Below, piece after piece: positions 14,201 through 21,440 of a DNA stretch of 64,000 nt; positions within the stretch are counted from its first letter, which is position 1, and each line of letters starts with the position of its first letter. This DNA is from a virus (taxonomy: Duplodnaviria > Heunggongvirae > Uroviricota > Caudoviricetes > Crassvirales). The translations under genes were made by a program, and so were the position numbers. Location of the stretch: IMG/VR virus record IMGVR_UViG_3300012956_000013; one strand, given 5' to 3'. The notes below the pieces were generated by a model. That model was not told the DNA's origin, searched no databases, and was given only the letters and a program-made list of their open reading frames with translations.

Positions 14201-16437
14201 TCTTGATTTTTCTGCTTCATATAAAGAAGTCTGTTCATCTGCTCTGCAGGAAACTCACTAATAGAACTGTTATTTATATTTCTATTTCTGTTTAGTGATT
14301 CAATGAGTCTTCCTTCAGCATCTTCCCTCATCTCCATTAAAATAGCATTAGACACCGATGCCTCAAATATCTTCTGTCTTGCATTCATGGAGTTTATATT
14401 CTGTATAACGGGAGGAATATTAGCTACTGCATTGTGCTTTACCTCATTTGCTTTAGTTGATAATTTCTCGAATTCTTTTGCAAACTTTGCAAATGTTCCA
14501 GATTTGTCCGAAGGAGAAGCCGGGTCAATTCCAAATATAGCAGCTGTATTTCCTGAAAGCTTATTTATCCTTTCGTCTATATTATCAATACCTATATTCT
14601 GAAGACTTCTTACATAGTTTGAAAGACTGATAAGAGATAAGTAATCTGCCTCTTTTGATTTAAAAAATTCATCACTGTTAGTTAGATTAACACTACGAAA
14701 TAACTCAGATAAGGCTTTACTCTTTGCCTGTATTTTAACAGGGTCAACTACTGGTTTATTATTCTCATAAATAATATTACCATTATCATCAGTCTTCCAG
14801 ATGTCATTTGTATTAAACATTCTTCCTCTTGCAGTATCAGCATATGCTATAGCAGATTCTATCTGTTTAAGAATAGCTTTTCTCTCTCTTGCAAATTTAG
14901 AGAAACCAACACCTGCACCCATACCAATAAGTGCACCTAATCCTATTGACTCTGAAGCCTCCTTATCCATTCCAGCAAAAGCTCTACCAGTTTGTCTAAG
15001 TAAGTTTTTACCAAATGCCAATACTCCAGAATTATTGTAAACGAATTCTCCGTTATCATTTAAAGAATTCATTCTCTGTATAACTAACTGTGCATTTTCT
15101 TCCCATAAACCTTCTGCTAAAAATCCTTTTGCTGCTTTTCCCCCATAAAAACTTGTCTTAGATAATGAGGATAGGAATGGATTTTTCTTACCGATATTGG
15201 TAAAAGCCTGAGAAGTAACTCTCATATCTTCCTCTAGATTTAGATATCTTGATGCTCTTTCATATTTAGGTAAACCAGAAGCTACTTTTGCACTTTTAAA
15301 GAAAAGTTTATTTTCCCAAGCATTTGAAAGTGAGAGAACTGCCATATTACCACCAATAGTATTAGCAGCTAGTTCACCTGCTCTTTCTCTTATTTCTGAG
15401 TCTGTTAAATTTGCATATCCTTCTGCACCATTTCTTCTTAATTCCTGCATTTTCTTAATATTCTCTTTGAACACACCTGCTCCTTCAACTGCAGACTCCA
15501 TTGCTGTATTGAATGTCCAAGAAGTAAGTTCTGCAGGACTACCTAATCCAACCTTGCTTGCAATTTTTCCAAATTTATTTGTAGTAGAGAATGCTTTACC
15601 AAACCAGTTTGCTCCACTTATGGTAGCCTCACCAAGTTGTCCGACCTCACTGATTGTAGCACCAATCTTTCCTAATTTAGAGAGTCCTACACCCGGAATA
15701 GCTGCAGATGCAAGAAATGCTACACCATCTGCAATTTCATCTGTCCAGTAAGATGCATCCAATAACTTAGAAAAGAATCCCTTCTCATCAAATCCAGCTT
15801 GTTTGTATACAGGAAGAATTTGGTCTTTATAGTCCTGTTCTAATCCTTCTAACCAATGTGAAAGTCCATTATCTGCTACATCAGCCCAATAATTTTCACT
15901 ACCTATAGAGGTAAGCATACTTCCTACATATCCAAGTCCCTCACCTAATTTAAGAATAGATGGAACTACAACTCTTCCAAGGAACTTAAGAGGTGCTCTC
16001 CAAGCCTTTCCAGCAAGAGAATATTCTCCCCAAGTACGGTTGTAGTAATAATCCTCTATATCAGGAATAAAAGCATCATATCCGTACTTCTTATTTATAT
16101 ATTTCTTTGCACTATCATAAGGAACACTTACTTTCTCAGCTAACCCAAAAGAGAAATATGGGTCAGCTTTTTTTATACTATTAAAATGAGAAATCCCCAA
16201 CTCTTTTATTTTTGGGTCATCTGATAAAATGGCATCTTCATATGTAAAACCATCAGGAAATTTATACTGAGGTGCTGTATCCATATTTGCAAACCTAGAT
16301 TCCGGAGAATAAGATACTTCAGGTCTGTTCATGATATTATTCATTCTCGAAAAAGTATCTAACTTCATGTCGAACATAGCTCTACTATCAACCCCTGTTA
16401 ATATATCCCCTTCAAGTGTACTTGGATTTTCTGGCAT
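2218..16437 (-). CDS. Giant multi-domain virion protein (4739 aa); putative virion-packaged two-barrel RNA polymerase / ejection protein
   Basis: Uninterrupted 14,220-nt ORF. Motif GSDFDVDKLNVY (nt 5908-5922 encode DFDVD) parallels the beta-prime catalytic NADFDGDQMAVH. There is a highly acidic KE/D low-complexity stretch, Gly-rich hydrophobic segments (IGLGALIGMGAGVGF) and long coiled-coil regions. Confidence 0.8.
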   Translation of the reverse strand: MPENPSTLEGDILTGVDSRAMFDMKLDTFSRMNNIMNRPEVSYSPESRFANMDTAPQYKFPDGFTYEDAILSDDPKIKELGISHFNSIKKADPYFSFGLAEKVSVPYDSAKKYINKKYGYDAFIPDIEDYYYNRTWGEYSLAGKAWRAPLKFLGRVVVPSILKLGEGLGYVGSMLTSIGSENYWADVADNGLSHWLEGLEQDYKDQILPVYKQAGFDEKGFFSKLLDASYWTDEIADGVAFLASAAIPGVGLSKLGKIGATISEVGQLGEATISGANWFGKAFSTTNKFGKIASKVGLGSPAELTSWTFNTAMESAVEGAGVFKENIKKMQELRRNGAEGYANLTDSEIRERAGELAANTIGGNMAVLSLSNAWENKLFFKSAKVASGLPKYERASRYLNLEEDMRVTSQAFTNIGKKNPFLSSLSKTSFYGGKAAKGFLAEGLWEENAQLVIQRMNSLNDNGEFVYNNSGVLAFGKNLLRQTGRAFAGMDKEASESIGLGALIGMGAGVGFSKFARERKAILKQIESAIAYADTARGRMFNTNDIWKTDDNGNIIYENNKPVVDPVKIQAKSKALSELFRSVNLTNSDEFFKSKEADYLSLISLSNYVRSLQNIGIDNIDERINKLSGNTAAIFGIDPASPSDKSGTFAKFAKEFEKLSTKANEVKHNAVANIPPVIQNINSMNARQKIFEASVSNAILMEMREDAEGRLIESLNRNRNINNSSISEFPAEQMNRLLYMKQKNQEVIDAPEFKDRPEGQQQLHLDRDKELNSQIEDFKKNNDLSQTQLNKDGFYVAIKNDGNPIEMTREEALLLSQISSYTNSIEHDSFIASKLSDKEKWFDWLSKLFLTKKQQEAENIVSAASKAVEKSPFFKYKEKSEGDFAKIIKLVARIVSGEKLAAAEDLALEQEYADLILELLPEYEKSLEENREKVIQDKIKAVEKLRDGIYKKIAEKRKQIAELSDKADTSLIDGAVYKNGKLNTKKFQRLIYKIQNSIYEIQDEIDPLEQQANEYSADISKLEDMLKEGDIPSMRAALNDLKEHKTWLEIEIEDVKGAIGRIAKLIKSLIRIAKKLIPGFSMSRLKKMFEPSENYYAEGNVKAYEGTDTLSSYNEITLKREEKKELEEKLSELEKEYALVSEKVKRLDRLAQDIAKNTLNDIQKKYADLVKKKVVKKSFSQEEIAVNQTLAPLVPNPPTIGSNPPKEDDEEFDDIYVRPLTTKFFTSTFTNVKEEGAFSPSEYAHFEMLDLLTNNLRAEEAKKKLGKGKLYVMAVTKDNVDGLGLKSVLYNKKEADGTTTDQTSYYEDSDPLLATIALVHILEDGGKKYYIDKDLNKIGEVSDTEQDKSKIVYTILRAGEFKDWEIGNYQKMRTYLNKDGEFDEKKWNDDRKKALKAAADLRNDIFKKAKNFDVNKPDTLYTFNVTKGIENKAYSQDNKVLQNPVTSSIMTEDEIGPWSIVVATNQPHTINSEQITLPAGRPFIKTKGPIEKLHYANNNKLDGNTVDTIMRILHEVSKTYMSWFEEAMSGSLKGRKFDDLTQTEKFKLLKKYNQESKDKNRKILPREYMEYLNSVIHFGIARAGEEISPGMVYISGSRIYFGDEYLDITKPEDFLNSEELRNFLKDTYHNVKYIKDTRSPAQQFTEFYIDGNELKSRKWKFYNQYLLSAKFPDGKNRDYIPITTSIKTKEQLSVEKGPYPSVPYKSQSVILRVKTVQGVSKPVKQSTTVPAKGGVSVAGNKNILSGDLEFYSPSNEDDSKKDDKKSDTKKRKGGKREITGKGPLAGFKFVIEEEEDENVEEEIAEKENRKKKKEDKKSNPPISTSKEQDDADMEEEQFNEETDDDDGKEVGPSSQQNYNYEEGDEFEEELFRISKGGIFKTEEDLDSVINYVTQIIPQFPVQRLKQAIQTMDGREAFGQFTGNMIKIWEGAEEGTLYHEVFEAVANRLLKDYEWRAIESEFKRRKGIFVDRETGTTLKYNNATAQQIKEQLAEEFREFKLTGKLPTVEKNSRTFLQMIMDFINKYILNRPTIDDIFSKIDAGKFKNKRIRIRSRFASNYRIKFPIEESRYFDFINGFTGFMFQDLFQSGGGETLIKIDETGEMDMVIYERVKIRIDAFYNARLSKLEQLYPTNTTDKTLSENNKVRHNLFKKSIEEWGKIKEDWSNFVTNHKIYLRKFGVKFDKEFNIEDENDILSEEERENKNKNDYTGNALKINWKNTASSSTRLLVATLIKARLSSIRFDSTKIVEKGWKPAYNDVFLYELMNYDRMMTLVVDKLAGLNKMSLIKNKLKEVSGIKDLESVAPEQIPAILNHLNEENAAFALIYLRLFQEDANMSEETQLNLRIKFLNYVSKQNPTPWMYTIFQGAPELIISTKRGQIESFLNRINSSIRKNNQTMFIRKKLGKDTYYISRFGHIRAIIDKLKNYKFDFENFEHEGNEIDFLYPNNSTASALKAELSNYGKVTTKKGNGGIIFNIKISPKQEDRITNEDFINSTPGKVSKMQRLLDFLGLSEKAVTPEFLKELNQNNPSGHDRLVKNLFSIRAAIENNMFTGDVSIRNANIYGYVNDLILTLDDLNPQTDKQMSHLNGEDQMVQDYIPPSFVSRIFSEMNNSTSKEELKSQFPHLNHPFAEDSVVVDRMFQQDEKSSISMGYFEGIRNQNGKFIKASRLEEHQRLAISFLLSLEGKYVSLPADSETEWIFNFGEFVSTDDIVRGNEYIKTIYIPKLKSEILTALSFEKYKDLANLNIKDDGRERGKSLRFFRNILSKSTINKINKAIDDDIDAEKIIIDNEKVIIQDIDNYITKLTEKSFENLVNNRILIEEKDKDENISYSISFPNKIAERFGTSFTKSQAMSLVKYQTINFQIGMIEQFKLLFGDVAQYKDWTKRAKGLFSHIEQTFYDDTAVYDKDGNEIYEGDINSWLNKNKNNVEYEDASGRTPIKLDSDDMFYTKFKNSLTARTIDDFITVNPELVNLLNSIGGLAEKFANKFEETNETDGQSVGTILAVRHLMLKSGWRWTKENEEFFQYDMALARQELSKPENGSRYDYRGNTALESLDKKILDKYKDNPPSSGISPIKTSMPSVLNDGTISIIKHSIYPISYQLARDSKMLDLYLDMLTGDKYDILNFASTQKVGLRIDSQGNIPSYYQKDGENVNPFRTTDVKAVTKSYEISLRTAGIQTETQSDSKNVTFGSQMAKDILINLMPSGVPKDFREENKVLNEQELFDLWSSLSPEERNQQEDYKKVKEYIKSLEDLKEKTVIDKLSQLGVSLRVDENGKITYYPRDINKLKDFILDEMTRLEIDTNTIDGMQLSKDLEYFKNPSETLPSYEVVSNIIWSAADKSINHMKINGGAFIQVSSAFFNKEDRKAAYKDEDGKWIIVDNEEEYNKAIADGRKLVLTSSELKFYNLTADGKTVTAMEVYLPNFFKKKVNDKRMMKGMKPLSDEELMKYLNQNPRLLEGMGFRIPTQAKSSLEFFVIKGFLPESFGKAIVVPSDITTKAGSDFDVDKLNVYLNNWKVNSKGYPEYIEYDEDSSETATKKRFEQFVRENANRDDLNYLLTLSRYSNNKDELKDRLKTVRNSIIEDINKQSEKDFESNRQIYANMLKEIKTSLKENYSVDDDMKDLFQKGKNFFWKLPQSKIDIFFDLRDTLDAGNKNGPIEIFEYKKLAELLLSEVSDGMEKFILKQIIKIYDEELKLLNWQKDIGDQYIERAKSQLKENNITVAQYYRTRKKDAIENSAVLDEIEQEIFDYDFSIIEEVAKMSNIVQYDEFARLPISIQNSQKSLQNKYFQISRSILSIGSMFEQLLSPNNMNNIKSGKNAVFQALGRDKEIETFDNFLDVGYIVKKRQAFARGKYDIGIFAIGMTNYANSQVAGIGIGETVTNRSDYIEIMEMNNNDINLPFEEVEALDVNGSKFIPLGNEKNIDEEYIMDLISGYITGAVDVAKEPEIVEMGMHTELASTYILLTRAGVSQRKLALFMYQPAIREYLKELIFFRNQEFATSNYSSITQIRDALVDKYKPKNLKDKNIKFSESQLADLITKGESVKKGESEWTEEDKEMQYIALINFLKAKMFSDDLSKNYRASSHDTAKIRSIWSLVHKDLVYEELLQGNSIVSVKDGQVKDGITAFREDTFIEKTIDLFLTFNEIFSDINLFALQQENPRLTLTDIARRIYKDNKFISQDEFLQQMKEYQAGIVDVMLNKYITDRLGYTPTRYLEKFHKEDGPDNISVQFENIKEILKGSNNFIIKNLEIIDDMELGINILSVKSKITSDAILTKQLFTSSWRALLAHENEQVRKFAETLVYSSIIQFGVKMQRLNFTPLIPVEKYFEVTMPALAKLSEHDFTTFEESIIRQNAHKEGFVKDYVPKFGLEFLSSDGKVLSSPYQNNKSISHIPIDKRLYIRKLSDKELEKGEKEFYNRPIFAFMGREDEEGNVPEPAKYIGITMVKPFTIDSEGKIIRFIERGYEDDGTVYYKLTKEVANRKKKKDYRSWKYTQVYKLVGAEGNVPAIYKKKTTKSGANKGKVNVSYLYKPINISGSRLVNEVLQLHKTSTGDVVSYKSALNIHIPITETPDAKIYEISLGMKNVGYKDVTPPIDRRGAEIESIPEQSVEMDFNKIKKLELSADLAIKIATGEKTSLVTGETVGRHIKISVGTTELRIIGGNVYMITNRGMMTIAQAGGLKEMLKTEGLTAEQMSKSKMMNSWIKGEISLNVFKIEPLTIAPPDLPPITPEC
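5890..5940 (-). other. Candidate RNAP catalytic Asp-triad motif (DFDVD) inside the giant ORF
   Basis: Plus-strand atctacgtcaaagtc at 5908-5922 is the reverse complement of GAC TTT GAC GTA GAT. The context SDFDVDKLNVY resembles the DPBB motif of beta-prime / YonO / phi14:2 gp62-type RNAPs. Confidence 0.5.
10800..11200 (-). other. Extremely acidic/basic low-complexity linker inside the giant ORF
   Basis: Encodes ...SNEDDSKKDDKKSDTKKRKGGKREITGKG...EEEEDENVEEEIAEKENRKKKKEDKK...DDADMEEEQFNEETDDDDGKE... Confidence 0.7.
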
Positions 16438-16444
16438 AAATTAT

Positions 16445-19033
16445 TTATTTTATCTCTTTATCTAACTCTCCTGATAAATATTTTTGGAGACCATTAATAG
16501 CATCTGATTTACTAGTTGCTAGTAATTGTTGTGTTTTTCCATCCGCTCCCTGTAAAACAATAGAGTACTTAGGCATTCCTGAGCCTATTCCTTTTTCTAC
16601 TTTTACGGAAACAGAATTCCCATGAGGAGTAAATCCTGCAAATATATCAAATCCTCTTGCTAAATTTGGATTGTCCATTACTTTACTTGCACCATAATCA
16701 ACAAGTGATTCTATTGAATCAAAACCTTCTGGCTTTCTGATAATTTGTAGTGCTGGAATTTTGACACGTATACTTGTTCCTCTACTTCCTTCAGTAAACG
16801 CACCTTGACCAAAATCAGCTTTTGCTTCAGCTGCTGCATCTCTTAACTCTTCATAAGATAATACTTGTCCTTTACTATTCGCTCCTTGAATTTCAACTTC
16901 TCCTGTTACGGGATTGAAGTTACCAACGGTGCTAAACTTTACATTTCCGGGAAGCTTACCAAATGTGCTTTCTACAAATTCTTTAACTCTTGGGTCAAAA
17001 TTTTTCTCATCTAATAAGTTTCCAGATACAATTGTTTGTCTTTGTGTAGCAAGTCTTTGTTTAAGAATATTATTAACTGCTTTATTTCTATCATTTGAGT
17101 TTTCTAATTGTTTTTCTAAAATAGAGCCAAACCACCTATTATGTTTAGAATTAGTCTTGCCTAAATCTGCTAAAACTTCTCCTGTTTTTTTATCTATTAA
17201 CTGCATTTCCTCAACTTTAGTTCCCGGAGTAGTAACAAATGTCGTAGGGGATGTATAACTTGGTGTAGTTATATAATATTTTCGTATATCATATTTTTGT
17301 GATATCCCATCAAGTGCATCAACTACTTCATTTGCGGTTATCTGTTTCCCACCAATATTAAGAGGTTCAATATCTTTCAGATATCTTCCTTCAAATAATT
17401 CCTTATTTGTAACAGTTATAGAAGACCATGCATCATCTAATATAGCCTGATAGTGAGTTTTAGTATTAAGGAAGCCAACATAACTATTCATTGCTTCTAT
17501 TAACTCTGCTGCTTTATAGGCAGCAGGAGTATTAGGATTTTTTGTAGCGGTAGATAAAAATGTGTTTATCTCTCCTATTTTTTTGTTAAAGTCCTCTGGA
17601 GTTTTTACGTCCGCAACAATTTTAGCTAGGTCTTCATCACCCTCTAGATATCTTTTAATTTCTGAGAACTTACTATTTATATTTTTATCTGCATCACCAA
17701 CTAAGGTATTTATTGCATCAAATCCCTGTCCCTGTTCTTCCTCAACAGCACTTCCATATACCTTTTGAAATTCTTCAGGAGAAATCATTCCTGAAGCTAA
17801 TCCTAATCTCATTCTTTCAGAAACTGAACGACTATCACCATCTCCTCCATAGAGCATCTTCAACTTAGTCTTATAATCCTCCATTTTATAATCATGCATT
17901 TCTGCCTGAGTTTGTCTGTCATCCATCTTTTGTTGGACGTACATCATCATGCTAACGGGGTTTGCTTTCTTATCTCTTTCTATATCCATTCTTGAGAATG
18001 CCTGTGCAAACGGCTCATTTATTCTTTTAAAATAAGCAGAATAGGCCAAATCCTCATATCTATCTGAGATATATTTTTCATCCCAGCCGTTTATCTTTAG
18101 AAGGTCATCACTTTTTCTTTTAATTTGGTCTTCATACATTTTTATCTCCTCAGCATAACCATTCTCTATCTCAGCATATTGTTTATTTCCAGCAATAGCA
18201 GCCTTTTTTGCTGCTAGCTTGGAGACTTCACTCTTATATGCTTTTATCTCAGAAGATGCAGATTCGATATAGTCATTCTTTAGTGTACCATAATCATTGT
18301 TATATCTAACAGCTGCTGATATTCTTATTTGCTGAGTAGCTTGTGGAGATAGGGCTGTGTTAAGACATCCCCATAATTTACTTTTTGTTAGTGAACTATC
18401 TTTCTCTGTATCAAGGTACATTCCCTGACCTGTAGTATTACTAAATTTATCAGGCTTACATTGTTCTAGAATGTCCATTCTCTCTTTAGAGAAGTCATAG
18501 TGTGGAATATACTGAGAATTTTTAGCTTTGTTGAATATTGAATCTAACTCAGCTCTTGAGGTATTTTCCCCAAAACTTCTAAATGGCATCAAAGCATAAG
18601 CCAAATTATCCATATGGAAACCAGTGCCCTTTGTTTTCTCATCGTTCTTATACTTCTCTGCTTCTGAATATATTTCTTTTTGTTTTCTTGTTAGATAGTC
18701 GTCCTGCAGAATTGCGTTATCCTTAAATAAAGGTTTAAATATACTCATACCTTTCTTCTGTACAGAAGGGTCTGCTAAATTCATTGAAGACAACTTAATA
18801 AGCTCCTTCTCACTGTCCTTTATAAACTGGTCTCTTATCTTTCTGTTCTCTGCACTGGTTAAGTCCAAATTAGAACCCTTATCATAATAACTCTTTACAC
18901 GAGCAGCTCCAGCATCCCAGAATTGGTTTTGAGCACTGATACTTTTGAATATATCATTGACTGGTAACTCATAAGGTCTAAAGTTACTAACTGCTTGATA
19001 ATCATTTCCTGAATATGGTGATGTTGCGGCCAT
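16445..19033 (-). CDS. Large hypothetical virion/cargo protein (862 aa)
   Basis: Long ORF in a co-directional block, 7 nt upstream of the giant ORF. No recognisable catalytic motif. Confidence 0.75.
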   Translation of the reverse strand: MAATSPYSGNDYQAVSNFRPYELPVNDIFKSISAQNQFWDAGAARVKSYYDKGSNLDLTSAENRKIRDQFIKDSEKELIKLSSMNLADPSVQKKGMSIFKPLFKDNAILQDDYLTRKQKEIYSEAEKYKNDEKTKGTGFHMDNLAYALMPFRSFGENTSRAELDSIFNKAKNSQYIPHYDFSKERMDILEQCKPDKFSNTTGQGMYLDTEKDSSLTKSKLWGCLNTALSPQATQQIRISAAVRYNNDYGTLKNDYIESASSEIKAYKSEVSKLAAKKAAIAGNKQYAEIENGYAEEIKMYEDQIKRKSDDLLKINGWDEKYISDRYEDLAYSAYFKRINEPFAQAFSRMDIERDKKANPVSMMMYVQQKMDDRQTQAEMHDYKMEDYKTKLKMLYGGDGDSRSVSERMRLGLASGMISPEEFQKVYGSAVEEEQGQGFDAINTLVGDADKNINSKFSEIKRYLEGDEDLAKIVADVKTPEDFNKKIGEINTFLSTATKNPNTPAAYKAAELIEAMNSYVGFLNTKTHYQAILDDAWSSITVTNKELFEGRYLKDIEPLNIGGKQITANEVVDALDGISQKYDIRKYYITTPSYTSPTTFVTTPGTKVEEMQLIDKKTGEVLADLGKTNSKHNRWFGSILEKQLENSNDRNKAVNNILKQRLATQRQTIVSGNLLDEKNFDPRVKEFVESTFGKLPGNVKFSTVGNFNPVTGEVEIQGANSKGQVLSYEELRDAAAEAKADFGQGAFTEGSRGTSIRVKIPALQIIRKPEGFDSIESLVDYGASKVMDNPNLARGFDIFAGFTPHGNSVSVKVEKGIGSGMPKYSIVLQGADGKTQQLLATSKSDAINGLQKYLSGELDKEIK

Positions 19034-19085
19034 TCTATTGCAAACTTATGTAATTAATTGGTTCTTAACAAATTAATCTTTAATA

Positions 19086-21137
19086 TTATTTATATGGATT
19101 TTTCTTTTTTCCACCCTTCTTCATTTCGAAAGGATTAAATGAGTTAGAAGATGGTTTAAAATCTTTGGCAACTATTGCCTTTAGGAAGTTTACATCTGCT
19201 GCTTCTAATTTCTGTCCAGACTTAAACTTTTCCATTAATTGACTTGCTACTTGCGTATACCAGTCTGATTTTGAATCACTTGCAACATCTAGTATACTCT
19301 TATTTGTACGAAGATACTCTCCATTTCTCCAATCAAAAGTATAAGCTGGGTCATTTTGAGTAAGAAGGTTATAAGCCAATTTCTGGTTAGTCTCTACATC
19401 TCTCAATACGTTATTCATAGCATTATTTGCAGTGTAGGTTCTCATGTTATCGAAATTCTTCCTTCCCTCAACTGCCTGAGTATAATACTGTTGGTCATTC
19501 TGCATATTAATCATTGACTCATTATTCTTAGTTTGATTGTTATACTGACGAGTCTGATTAAGAATCTGAGCATTTTGGTTATCGTATTGACTACGCACTC
19601 CTACTATCTGATTAAGAAGTTGTCCAAAGAATCCGGAAGCCTGTGCATTTCTTAATATTGGAGATAGTGTAGATAGAGCAGATGATTGCTGATTTGTCAT
19701 ACCCTTCATATCTCCAATAGCTTGTTCTGGATTTACCAGAGCTGGGTCTACATAAGTAGCATTGTAACGAGAACGGAATGGCATATATCTATCCACTCCT
19801 GCATACTGTGCCCAATTATAGGCTTGTGATGCCTTTTGCCAAGGAGTAAATTTCCAATCTGCTTTAACTGAACCTTGAGGAGAATACTCTTGTTCCTCAA
19901 CTTTTGGCCCAGATATATCATCCTTAGATTTAGTAGCTGGGGCAATTAGAGGAGCTGATTTACCAACTTGTTTTAATAACTCTTTCTTTTGGTCAGGAGT
20001 TATATTAAAAGGTGTAGCCTTTGGTAGACCATTTGGGAAAAATTTCTTTAATGCTGCTTCATGTCTCCAACCCCACCATCCATCATCTGCTTTATTCATA
20101 TCCCAGTCCACACCTTTCGATTTGTCCAGAGTCTTCATATAATCAACCAATCCCGGAACACTATAGAACTGGGAAGGAGTTATCCAATCTGGAGAGTTAT
20201 ACTGTATTTTTTGGGTATTATCATAATAATTTGTCCAACTATTTGGATAAGGTGGCCTTTTTCCCATATATCTATCCTGTCTTTGTGTAGGACTAGCTAT
20301 AGGAGAGATAGTAATGGGGGCAGTTGAAGTAGAAATATTAGGATTAGGAGAAGTTGGTCTACTTATATTATTTTGTAAATAAACATTCGATACTTGTTCT
20401 GTAGATTTTTTAAAATCTTCTTCCTTCTTCTTTTTTAGTTCCTGTTGTAATTCGAATAATTTCTTCTGAGCTTCTACCATTTGTTCTAATGTTCCACCTT
20501 TCTGCATTCTGTATGGATTTTTTATCATACCTCCTCCTTTCATATATTGTTTGTTTTCATCTATTTGGTCTTCTAACTCTTCATTTTCTATGGGAGCTGT
20601 TCCTAAAGAGAAGTCAGGTAATCCTTGTGGGAATCCTTTCTTGCTTTCCTGAATGTATGCAATATTACCTAACATTTTAATATATTTCTCTAGCATTTTT
20701 TCTGAGGATTTTTTAGCCAAATCATCCTTATATGGATTAGTTATATTTTGCACTAATGTATTATAATGCTTAACATTCACGTTTTTCTTAAGGGTCTTTG
20801 CAGGAGTACCTCCTTCCTTCAGCTCAAAATCTTCTGCCTCATCTTCATCTATCTCCAACTCCTTATAGTCAGAGAATACAAATGAGTCTGGCTTAAGAAG
20901 TACATCCATTCCGCCTTTTGAGTGTCTTTTTCCCTTAGCAATGAAGAGAGCTGATAAATCAGGCTGCAAGACAATTTCGTCTCCTTCTATCTCTACGTTA
21001 GAACGATAGGGATTCTTTTTTATAGTTGTGTTCACTTTTGGGTCCTTCTCTATAGAAGGATACTGTTCTGATGTAGGTCTACTATCATCAGTAAAGTGAT
21101 ACTCATTCTTGTAACTTCTGTTATCTGCTACTCCCAT
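19086..21137 (-). CDS. Hypothetical virion/cargo protein (683 aa) with MKGG / KNPY motifs
   Basis: Long ORF containing MKGGGMIKNPYRMQKGGT and a C-terminal MKKGGKKKNPYK. Trp-rich segment GWWGWRHE. Confidence 0.75.
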   Translation of the reverse strand: MGVADNRSYKNEYHFTDDSRPTSEQYPSIEKDPKVNTTIKKNPYRSNVEIEGDEIVLQPDLSALFIAKGKRHSKGGMDVLLKPDSFVFSDYKELEIDEDEAEDFELKEGGTPAKTLKKNVNVKHYNTLVQNITNPYKDDLAKKSSEKMLEKYIKMLGNIAYIQESKKGFPQGLPDFSLGTAPIENEELEDQIDENKQYMKGGGMIKNPYRMQKGGTLEQMVEAQKKLFELQQELKKKKEEDFKKSTEQVSNVYLQNNISRPTSPNPNISTSTAPITISPIASPTQRQDRYMGKRPPYPNSWTNYYDNTQKIQYNSPDWITPSQFYSVPGLVDYMKTLDKSKGVDWDMNKADDGWWGWRHEAALKKFFPNGLPKATPFNITPDQKKELLKQVGKSAPLIAPATKSKDDISGPKVEEQEYSPQGSVKADWKFTPWQKASQAYNWAQYAGVDRYMPFRSRYNATYVDPALVNPEQAIGDMKGMTNQQSSALSTLSPILRNAQASGFFGQLLNQIVGVRSQYDNQNAQILNQTRQYNNQTKNNESMINMQNDQQYYTQAVEGRKNFDNMRTYTANNAMNNVLRDVETNQKLAYNLLTQNDPAYTFDWRNGEYLRTNKSILDVASDSKSDWYTQVASQLMEKFKSGQKLEAADVNFLKAIVAKDFKPSSNSFNPFEMKKGGKKKNPYK

Positions 21138-21149
21138 TTTGTTTTGTTT

Positions 21150-21440
21150 TTATCTATTGTATGATACATGGACGTGTGTACTATGTGGATTTTTACCACT
21201 ATACGGCCTCCACTCATTTGATATAGATGGGTTCCATATTTTTCCATTAAATATGATATATTTTACGTTTCTTTGTTTTGCTTCTGTCATTAACTTTTGA
21301 GCAATTTTGTTTCCAGTTTCTACACTGTTACTAATTCCAAAGTCCTGAGCATCACCAGTATTATGGTCACTTATCCTTTGTTTATGTTTCTCATCTCCCC
21401 AAATTCCTAGATTTGTAATTCCCTTAAATTCAGAGAATAT
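21150..21440 (-). other. LAS/M15 peptidase domain (Hx6D ... HxH)
   Basis: Reverse complement of 21301-21360 encodes TGDAQDFGISNSVETGNKIA. HVH lies near the C-terminus at about 21165-21173. Confidence 0.55.
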
